Assembly (NCBI GenBank): GCA_964541495.1
Contig: CAZIRN010000004.1
Coordinates: forward strand, 1,267-25,266
Direction of reading: 5' to 3'
Length of the DNA: 24,000 nt
Source of the DNA: an uncultured Rikenella sp.
GTDB lineage: Bacteria; Bacteroidota; Bacteroidia; Bacteroidales; VadinHA17
This document shows positions 16,859 to 24,000 of this stretch, piece after piece (within the stretch, counting starts at the first letter, position 1; every line of letters starts with the position of its first letter). The notes under the pieces are model-generated. The model was given only the letters and a program-made list of their open reading frames with translations, searched no databases and was not told the DNA's origin. Both the position numbers and the translations under genes were made by a program.

Positions 16859-18514
16859 ATGGTTAAATTTAAAAGACTGAAGAAAATCAGACGCGGCAGG
16901 CAGATCATAAGTGTATTTGTCAAATATGGTATAGATTATCTTATTGATCAGAATAAAATCAACCTCCTGGCGCGTATTGGGAAAAGGCAAAGGCATGATA
17001 AATCCAGTGCAGCGGAAAAATTTCGTATGGCCCTGGAAGAACTGGGCCCGGCTTTTATCAAATTTGGTCAGATATTAAGCACAAGGCCCGACTTTCTGCC
17101 ACCCGCTTTCATAAAGGAAATGGAAAAACTGCAGGACCAGACTCCACCATTCGACAGTAACCTGGCTAGGCAGATAATAGAACGTGAGCTGGGAAATCCT
17201 ATTGATAAATTATTCGAAAAATTTGAAGCTGAACCTATTGCTGCTGCTTCGTTGAGTCAGGTGCATAAAGCAACACTGTCCGACGGTGACATTGTGGCAA
17301 TAAAAATCCAGAGGCCTGATATACAGGAGACAATTGAACTCGACCTCTCCATTCTTGAGGACCTGGCCGGACTGGTAGAAAATCGTTTGCAGAACGGCTG
17401 GAATTACCACCCACGATTGATGGTAGAAGAATTCAAAAAAGCCATCAGAAAAGAACTGGATTTTAACAGGGAAGCACACAATTATGAAAAATTCAGGAAC
17501 AATTTCAAGAATATTGATTATATAAGAGTCCCAAAGGTCTATTGGGAAATGACCACCTCTGTAGTTTTAACGATGGAGTTCATTGAAGGGATAAAAATAA
17601 ATGAGATAACGCAGGAAAAATACAACGGGATTTATGACTCCAGAGAAGTTGCCATACGGGGAGCTGAAGCAATTCTGAAGCAGGTTCTCGAAGACGGCTT
17701 TTTTCATGCCGATCCTCATCCGGCTAATCTATTCGTTCAGCCGCCTGCAGATATTATCATGCTCGACGTCGGCATGGTCGGGTACCTCGACAGGAAAACC
17801 ACAGTTGAAGGCGTAAAGCTATTAAAAGCAATTGTTGACAGAGATGCGGAAAAGACCTTCGAAATCTTCGAAAATCTGAAAATAATTGTAAAAGAAATAG
17901 ACCGTAATTTATTCTGCCAGGATCTGGCTGAATTGTTCGACAGCTATCTGGGGATACCGCTAAAAAATCTGGATATAACCAGAGTCGGCCAGGATGTCAT
18001 GGAAATAGCTATTCGTTATAATCTGACTTTGCCTGCCAATCTGGTACTGATGGTCAAAGCTCTTTCAATGATAGAGACGACAGGGAAAAGTCTATATCCC
18101 GAGCTTGATATACTTTCTATTGCAAAGCCTTTTGTCAGAAAAGTCTCGAAAAAGAAAATCGAACCAAAAGAATTGTTCAAAAAAAGCGAAACATTATTGC
18201 AGGAAAGCCTGGAGCTGATAGAAGAATTACCACAGGGCATGAACATGATTTTCCAGAAAGTTCAGGAAGGTAAGCTAAAATTTATAACCGAAAACCAGGA
18301 TTTGAAAAAGCTTTCCGGGTCAATTGGTCACGCCGGATGGTATGTATCGCTCGGCCTCGTCATTGCAGCATTGATTATTGGATCCTCACTAATTTTTTTG
18401 CATCAACAATCAGGCCTTTTTATTTTCGGTTATCCGGTTTTAGGACTTATAGGCTACCTTTTATCCTTAGTTTTGTGTTTAATATTAGTGATTTCAATTA
18501 TAAAAAACAGGTAA
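16859..18514 (+). CDS. UbiB / ABC1 / AarF-family atypical kinase-like protein with two C-terminal TM helices
   Basis: 551-aa ORF with an ATG start. Family motifs are ELGPAFIKFGQILSTRPDFLP, EPIAAASLSQVHKA, VAIKIQRP, DFNREAHN and GFFHADPHPANLF. The hydrophobic C-terminus is WYVSLGLVIAALIIGSSLIFL...LIGYLLSLVLCLILVISII. Confidence 0.9.
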   Translation: MVKFKRLKKIRRGRQIISVFVKYGIDYLIDQNKINLLARIGKRQRHDKSSAAEKFRMALEELGPAFIKFGQILSTRPDFLPPAFIKEMEKLQDQTPPFDSNLARQIIERELGNPIDKLFEKFEAEPIAAASLSQVHKATLSDGDIVAIKIQRPDIQETIELDLSILEDLAGLVENRLQNGWNYHPRLMVEEFKKAIRKELDFNREAHNYEKFRNNFKNIDYIRVPKVYWEMTTSVVLTMEFIEGIKINEITQEKYNGIYDSREVAIRGAEAILKQVLEDGFFHADPHPANLFVQPPADIIMLDVGMVGYLDRKTTVEGVKLLKAIVDRDAEKTFEIFENLKIIVKEIDRNLFCQDLAELFDSYLGIPLKNLDITRVGQDVMEIAIRYNLTLPANLVLMVKALSMIETTGKSLYPELDILSIAKPFVRKVSKKKIEPKELFKKSETLLQESLELIEELPQGMNMIFQKVQEGKLKFITENQDLKKLSGSIGHAGWYVSLGLVIAALIIGSSLIFLHQQSGLFIFGYPVLGLIGYLLSLVLCLILVISIIKNR

Positions 18515-18675
18515 ATTACCAGGTAACGTATAAATCTATTCTGAAGTCCGAATAAAAATGGATGCTCTAAAAAGTTTTCTCTCGTTAAGTTAGGCAGTTA
18601 AAGAAAGCCACCATAGCTTGATTCCCCATGAGGAGAAATGAAAAATGTAAATAAATAATACACAGACATTGTAAG

Positions 18676-19647
18676 TTAAGCCTTTCCGGCACTTCCAAGC
18701 ACGTTAACAACCTTGTGTTTATAAAGTTCTCTAAGTTTGTCGCGGGCAGGGCCCAGATAATTACGCGGGTCGAACTCTTCAGGTTTTTCATACAGTACTT
18801 TTCTCACTGCTGCAGTCATTGCGAGCCTTCCGTCGGAATCGATATTAATCTTGCACACAGCCGATGATGCTGCCCTGCGAAGCTGGTCTTCAGGGACTCC
18901 TGCAGTGTTTTCAAGTCTCCCTCCATATTTGTTTATCTCTTCCACAATCTCCTTTGGCACGGATGATGCTCCGTGAAGAACTATTGGGAATCCAGGGATC
19001 CGTCTTTCAACCTCTTCAAGAATATCGAACCTGAGCGGAGGAGGCAATTGTCCGGGCTTCACTTTGAATTTATATGCACCGTGCGATGTACCTATTGATA
19101 TAGCAAGAGAATCAACGCCAGTCCTTTTTACGAAGTCTTCCACTTCATCAGGTCTGGTGTACGATGTATGTTCGGCCGATACTTCCTCCTCAATACCTGC
19201 AAGTACTCCGAGTTCGCCTTCAACCGTTACATCATACTTATGAGCAAAATCAACAACTTCTTTTGTAACTCTTATATTTTCTTCATAAGGTAAATGTGAA
19301 CCGTCGATCATCACTGATGAAAATCCGTTTTCGATGCACGATTTACATAAATCAAAAGAGTCACCGTGGTCTAGATGTAAAACAATAGGTATTGAATAGC
19401 CAAGTTCTTTTGCATATTCCACGGCACCTTTTGCGAGATATTGAAGGAGAGTTTGGTTGGCATATTTTCTTGCACCTTTTGATACCTGCAGAATAACCGG
19501 CGACCTGGTCTCAACGCAGGCAGAAATAATAGCCTGTAATTGTTCAAGGTTATTAAAATTGAATGCCGGAACAGCATATCCTCCTTTTATGGCCTTTTGA
19601 AATAATTCACGTGAATTTACTAATCCTAATTCATTGTAATGTACCAT
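18676..19647 (-). CDS. fba: Class II fructose-1,6-bisphosphate aldolase
   Basis: YAVPAFNFNNLEQLQAI, PIVLHLDHGDSF (zinc-binding His), SVMIDGSHLP, LAISIGTSHGAYKF and PIVLHGASSVP. The track start is non-ATG; the ATG at 19647 (MVHYNELGLV) is preferred. Confidence 0.93.
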   Translation of the reverse strand: MVHYNELGLVNSRELFQKAIKGGYAVPAFNFNNLEQLQAIISACVETRSPVILQVSKGARKYANQTLLQYLAKGAVEYAKELGYSIPIVLHLDHGDSFDLCKSCIENGFSSVMIDGSHLPYEENIRVTKEVVDFAHKYDVTVEGELGVLAGIEEEVSAEHTSYTRPDEVEDFVKRTGVDSLAISIGTSHGAYKFKVKPGQLPPPLRFDILEEVERRIPGFPIVLHGASSVPKEIVEEINKYGGRLENTAGVPEDQLRRAASSAVCKINIDSDGRLAMTAAVRKVLYEKPEEFDPRNYLGPARDKLRELYKHKVVNVLGSAGKA

Positions 19648-20062
19648 AACAAACAATTTTTTTAAACAGGGGGCAATTTACCTATTTCCTCGAAGCTGAC
19701 AAAATATATTTGAGAAAATTTATTATCCGGAGAAGATTAGTTTTATAAACTTAGTATTAATACTTGTGAACAAACTAATTCTGCTGCTTGAAATTCTTAA
19801 AAAGTGACAGAAATGAAAAATGAAAGAGTTGCCTGGGAAAAGATTATCTGTTAAAATGTAACAAAACATTAAAAAATAGGGTAAAGGCAAAATTTTGTTT
19901 TTTAAAAATCCAACAGTAAATTTGTTTCAAACAACCGTAATAATAATGTACTTTTTCGAAGTGCTCATACATAAATTAAACTGTACTAATTTGGATAGAT
20001 GCGTTTTTTAATACCGATTTTTGGAATGGACTCATAGATGAAAAATTCTAATCGCTAACGAG

Positions 20063-20629
20063 ATGACGAAGTTATCCGATTTTAATGATAGTGAAATATG
20101 GCTCCTTTTTAAAAGAGGAGAAGACCGGGCGATTTCGTATATTTACAGTAACTACTTTCCCAATTTATATCGGTACGGATTAAAATTTAAGGTTGATAAC
20201 TCTTTGATAGAGGATACTATTCAGGACTTATTTGCAGAGCTGATAAAAAATCGTGAAACCTTAGGCGAAACAGATAACATTCTTTTTTATCTTTTGAAAT
20301 CTTTTCGGCGAAAATTATTCCGGAAAATGGCAAGTACAAACAGATATGACCTGACCGGCGAGATAACCGATAATTATCCGTTTGAAGTCGTATGGTCTGC
20401 TGAACACGATTTAATTGTTGAGGAAGAATCCGGCCAACGATCAACGATGTTATTAAAGGCACTTAGTGAACTCACGCCACGTCAAAAAGAAGCTGTTTAT
20501 CTTCGTTTTACAAAAGAACTCGATTACACAGCAATTGCTGAAATAATGAATATCAGTGTGGAGGCCTGTCGTAACCTTATTTCCAAAGCTATCTTCAACA
20601 TAAAAAAGAGGGTTAACGGGAAAGACTGA
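20063..20629 (+). CDS. ECF-type RNA polymerase sigma-70 family factor
   Basis: 188 aa. Region 2 is IEDTIQDLFAELIKN. The region 4 helix-turn-helix is LTPRQKEAVYLRFTKELDYTAIAEIMNISVEACRNLISKA. A FecR-type anti-sigma gene follows directly. Confidence 0.9.
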   Translation: MTKLSDFNDSEIWLLFKRGEDRAISYIYSNYFPNLYRYGLKFKVDNSLIEDTIQDLFAELIKNRETLGETDNILFYLLKSFRRKLFRKMASTNRYDLTGEITDNYPFEVVWSAEHDLIVEEESGQRSTMLLKALSELTPRQKEAVYLRFTKELDYTAIAEIMNISVEACRNLISKAIFNIKKRVNGKD

Positions 20630-20706
20630 AAAAAAATCAGTTCATTTTGATGATATTTTCATACTTGTTGCCTTTATACTATAGATAAAGATAATAAAGT
20701 TAAATT

Positions 20707-21894
20707 ATGAACAGCGAAAAATATTTAGCATATACTACTGAGGAATTCGTGCTCGATGACGATTTTATGCGATGGGTAATGCATTCTGACGAAGAAAGCG
20801 ATCGTTTCTGGAAAGCGTTTCTGCTTCAATATCCCGAAAAGAAAGTGGAAGTGGAAGAGGCTGTTTATATTATCAGGTCTATTCGTGCGGTTGAACCATT
20901 AGTACCTTTCCAGGAATTAAAGTACGATTACCCTGATAAATATTTCGCTTCGCAACCCGTGCGTAACATCAGACAACGGTTAATAAAAATTGCTGCTGTT
21001 TTTGTTCTGCTGGTTGCTCTTGGCGGTTTGTTGTATTATCAGCATTATCGGGAACATTTTCCTGTGGAGATAGCAGATAGCGAATTGATGGAAAAAGGTA
21101 AAGTTATTCTTCCCGACGGAACAATCAGTGAATTTGAAACCAAAGAAACGCGGATTCAACAGACAGTTTTAGGCGATTTGACTATCAATAATGATACCAT
21201 TTTATTGAAAGACAGAGAAGTAAAATCAGATGAACCTTCTATGGCCCAGGTTATTATTCCTTATGGAAAATCTTCGGAAATTATCCTTGCCGACGGGACA
21301 AAAATTTGGCTAAATGCAGGCAGTACTTTATCGTATCCGATACAGTTTACGGGCAATTCGAGGGAAGTGTATATGTCGGGTGAAGCCTTTTTTGAAGTGG
21401 CAACAGATAGTTCCAAACCATTTTGCGTAATTACAAATGATATGAAAATCAGGGTTACCGGGACACGTTTTAATGTAACTTGTTATGCAAATGATGCTGT
21501 TTCGCAGGCAGTTCTTGTTGATGGCAAAATTGAGGCCACAAAAAGTCACACATTTGCTTATGCCGTTGAACTTTCTCCTGGCGAACGCATAGTTTATGAC
21601 AGACAGAAAAATAAATTGAGAAAAGATAAGGTGGATATTGAGCTTTATACCTCATGGGTTAATGGTTACCTTCTTATTGAAAATGAACCTATTGGCGAGA
21701 TATTTAAAAAATTGGAGCGATATTACAACAAAAAAATCGTGATAGAAGAACTCTCCGAGCAACCCCGGTTTACAGGAAAACTCAATTTAGCTGATAATTT
21801 GGAGAAAGTATTGAAAAATATTGCCTTTTCGGCCTCTTTTTCAGTAGAATATAAAAACGACAGCTATATTATTAGCAGTAAAATAATCAGGTAA
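20707..21894 (+). CDS. FecR-family transmembrane anti-sigma factor
   Basis: 395 aa. It has an N-terminal cytoplasmic segment (DDDFMRWV..SDRFWKAFL), a single TM helix LIKIAAVFVLLVALGGLLYY, a periplasmic FecR domain (ILADGTKIWLNAGSTLSYP..REVYMSGEAFFEV..KPFCVITNDMKIRVTGTRFNV), and a C-terminal domain (IGEIFKKLERYYNKKI). Confidence 0.9.
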   Translation: MNSEKYLAYTTEEFVLDDDFMRWVMHSDEESDRFWKAFLLQYPEKKVEVEEAVYIIRSIRAVEPLVPFQELKYDYPDKYFASQPVRNIRQRLIKIAAVFVLLVALGGLLYYQHYREHFPVEIADSELMEKGKVILPDGTISEFETKETRIQQTVLGDLTINNDTILLKDREVKSDEPSMAQVIIPYGKSSEIILADGTKIWLNAGSTLSYPIQFTGNSREVYMSGEAFFEVATDSSKPFCVITNDMKIRVTGTRFNVTCYANDAVSQAVLVDGKIEATKSHTFAYAVELSPGERIVYDRQKNKLRKDKVDIELYTSWVNGYLLIENEPIGEIFKKLERYYNKKIVIEELSEQPRFTGKLNLADNLEKVLKNIAFSASFSVEYKNDSYIISSKIIR

Positions 21895-21992
21895 TTCTCA
21901 ACGATACAACGTTGAACTATAAATTATTTTATTAAACACAGATTAAATTTTAAATGCCTATGGAATAAAACATTAAACTTCTTAAAGAACAG

Positions 21993-22027
21993 AAAACCGG
22001 GACAGATATCAAGCAGACCCCGGTTTT
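21993..22027 (+). terminator. Hairpin between the anti-sigma gene and susC: possible terminator or attenuator
   Basis: AAAACCGGG (21993-22001) pairs perfectly with CCCGGTTTT (22019-22027) around a 17-nt loop. The GC core is CCGGG/CCCGG. The flanking A-tract and T-tract make the hairpin symmetric and potentially bidirectional. Confidence 0.35.
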
Positions 22028-22076
22028 CACAGTGAATTTTAATTATTAAATTAACAATTAAAAGACTAACAAACTT

Positions 22077-24000
22077 ATGGAAAAAAATCAACATGAACAA
22101 CAGGGAGGAAATATTTTACAATATTTCCGGCAAACAATGCGAATTATGCGGTTAAGTCTGTTTTTTATAGTGGTAAGTACGGCAATAGCCTGGAGTGCTA
22201 CTGCCTATTCGCAAAACATGAAACTTTCGGTTAACCTGAAAGATGCTACTGTAAGGGAACTCATCAAAACTATTGAAGATCAAAGCGAATTTTTGTTTTT
22301 ATATCAGGAAGGACAAGTGGATCTTAACCGGCGGGTAACTATTCATGCAGATGGGAAACAGTTACAGGAGATATTGAATGAGGCATTTAAAGGCACCGAT
22401 ATTATCTACATCGTGAGTGATCGTCAGGTTGTAATCGGTAAAGCACCCCGTGAAGCTCTGGAGGCACAGATAGCGGTGCTAAAAAAAGATTTGAAAACGG
22501 TAATAGAACAGCCACAACAAAAAGAAATTAGCGGTAAAGTAACCGACTCATCTGGTGCACCATTGCCAGGAGCCACTGTCATGGTGAAGGGCACTACTAT
22601 CGGTACTGTAACCGCTGCTGACGGAACGTTTTATCTTCGTATTCCTGTCAATGCCCAAACGCTTCAAGTTACTTTCGTTGGGATGAAAACGCAGGAACTA
22701 CCCATTGCCGGACAGTCTGTATTTAATATAATATTGGAAGAAGAGGTAATGGGATTGGAAGAGGTAGTTGTAACTGCTTTAGGCATTGAAAAAAGCAAAC
22801 GAAGTTTAAGTTATACGACGGAACAGGTTAATATAGAACCATTAGCAGCAGTCCATGATCCGAGTTTGGCAACATCATTGTCAGGAAAAGTAGCAGGGTT
22901 GACAGTTTCCAATGCCTCAGGAGCTGCCGGAGTAGGTGCTAGTTCCAGAATTATTATCCGTGGGAACCGTTCAATCACGGGAAATAATCAACCTCTTCTT
23001 GTTGTGGACGGTGTGCCATACAGTAATTCAAAGGGCATTATATCTACAGGAACAAGTGACAGAGAGGTTGATTCTTTTGACGGGTTTTCTAATATCAACG
23101 GCGATGATGTTGAAAGCATAAACGTATTGAAAGGGCCTGCTGCTGCTGCATTATATGGTTCGGCAGCCAATAATGGAGTGATCATTATTACCACAAAGAA
23201 GGGAAAATCGGGAAAACCTCAGGTAGAGTTTAATTCCATTTCTATGGTGGATGTTCCTTATCTTTATCCTGAGCTCCAAAATGAATATGCTCAAGGATCA
23301 GGAGGGATATATTCTCCTAACGAGGCCACAAAGAGCTGGGGACCAAAAATGACCGGGCAAACCGTCACCAATTGGACGGGAGAAGAAATTAAGCTTACAC
23401 CGCAACCTGATAATGTAAGTGATTTTTTCGTTAACGGTTATAATATAACGAATACAATATCGTACAGCGGAGGCGTCGAAAAGATTTCAAATTATTTTTC
23501 ATATAGTAACACAACCGCTCGTAGCATGATTGAAACCGACAAACTTCAACGTCATAATTTTAACTTGCGTCTCGGCGCAGAACTTATTCCAAAGTTAAAA
23601 ATTGATTTTAAGATAACGTATTTCAAACAGGAAATGCCTAATCGGGCGGCTACAGGCGATGATTATTTCAGTCCAATGCAAGCTCTTCTTCGAATGCCGA
23701 GAAGCATTAGGACAGAAGATATAAAAGAATTTGAATATTATACGAATGAAGGTTCCCTGAAACAAAACATGTGGGTTCCGGGAGGCTCTCAGTCGGTACA
23801 AAATCCATATTGGGCCATGTACCGTCGTGTGGCCCCAACCAGACGTGACCGAATAACTTCTTTTGTTTCTTTACGATACGATATTACTGATTGGCTTTGG
23901 GCTCAGGGCAGGGTATCGTTGGATGATATCCATGATGACGCAGAGGAAAAAATTTATTGGGATGCCATTTATATCAATGACGGACAGGGCAATTATTGGA
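22077..24000 (+). CDS. SusC/RagA-family TonB-dependent outer-membrane transporter with N-terminal STN signalling domain; partial, continues past the right edge
   Basis: Missing from the ORF track because it has no in-window stop. I translated the frame from ATG 22077 through 24000 without a stop. Regions found, in order:
- signal-like region MRIMRLSLFFIVVSTAIAWSATAYSQ (an alternative ATG lies at 22137)
- STN domain LSVNLKDATVRELIKTIEDQSEFLFLY..VVIG
- CarboxypepD_reg-like ISGKVTDSSGAPLPGATVMVKGTTIGTVTAADGTFYL
- plug EEVVVTALGIEKSKRSLSYTT..IIIRGNRSITGNNQPLLVVDGVPY..INVLKGPAAAALYGSAANNGVIIITTKKG. Confidence 0.92.
   Translation, partial: MEKNQHEQQGGNILQYFRQTMRIMRLSLFFIVVSTAIAWSATAYSQNMKLSVNLKDATVRELIKTIEDQSEFLFLYQEGQVDLNRRVTIHADGKQLQEILNEAFKGTDIIYIVSDRQVVIGKAPREALEAQIAVLKKDLKTVIEQPQQKEISGKVTDSSGAPLPGATVMVKGTTIGTVTAADGTFYLRIPVNAQTLQVTFVGMKTQELPIAGQSVFNIILEEEVMGLEEVVVTALGIEKSKRSLSYTTEQVNIEPLAAVHDPSLATSLSGKVAGLTVSNASGAAGVGASSRIIIRGNRSITGNNQPLLVVDGVPYSNSKGIISTGTSDREVDSFDGFSNINGDDVESINVLKGPAAAALYGSAANNGVIIITTKKGKSGKPQVEFNSISMVDVPYLYPELQNEYAQGSGGIYSPNEATKSWGPKMTGQTVTNWTGEEIKLTPQPDNVSDFFVNGYNITNTISYSGGVEKISNYFSYSNTTARSMIETDKLQRHNFNLRLGAELIPKLKIDFKITYFKQEMPNRAATGDDYFSPMQALLRMPRSIRTEDIKEFEYYTNEGSLKQNMWVPGGSQSVQNPYWAMYRRVAPTRRDRITSFVSLRYDITDWLWAQGRVSLDDIHDDAEEKIYWDAIYINDGQGNYW

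Noticed and set aside
1-24000. Window-wide search by eye for CRISPR repeats, tandem repeat arrays, IS elements or transposases, integrases, reverse transcriptases, restriction-modification or other defence genes, and biosynthetic clusters
   Set aside because: None found. Every ORF over ~100 aa that is not antisense to a stronger gene is accounted for by the listed genes. The intergenic regions contain only short AT-rich palindromes.

Overview
This 24 kb window is low-GC chromosomal DNA that looks like Bacteroidota. The taxon is inferred from an ECF sigma / FecR anti-sigma / SusC-type TonB-dependent transporter cassette, several lipoproteins, and exact TAnnTTTG -7 boxes upstream of three genes. 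I can support 15 protein-coding genes and one tRNA.

Left to right:
- purH (minus strand, partial, runs off the left edge and is absent from the ORF track)
- an orphan MacB/FtsX-type ABC permease
- rsmA/ksgA
- a 1040-aa ABCG-like ATPase-permease fusion with extra modules
- an unassigned helical lipoprotein
- a tandem-domain universal stress protein
- tRNA-Leu(UAA)
- a 934-aa double M16 zinc peptidase
- a 1308-aa GH38 alpha-mannosidase with a roughly 450-aa C-terminal extension
- a phasin-like coiled-coil protein followed by a UbiB/ABC1-family kinase-like membrane protein
- class II fructose-bisphosphate aldolase
- an ECF sigma factor, a FecR anti-sigma factor and an STN-domain SusC/RagA transporter (partial, runs off the right edge and is absent from the ORF track)

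I saw no transposase, integrase, CRISPR array, reverse transcriptase, toxin-antitoxin pair or recognisable defence gene. All long ORFs are intact under the standard code.

This reads as an ordinary core-genome region, and I cannot defend any feature as a clearly undescribed system. The best second-look candidates are:
- the multi-module ABCG-like protein together with its upstream lipoprotein
- the phasin-like/UbiB pair
- the C-terminal modules of the GH38 enzyme
- a few structured elements in the long AT-rich intergenic regions

All family assignments come from motif recognition by eye. No database search was run.
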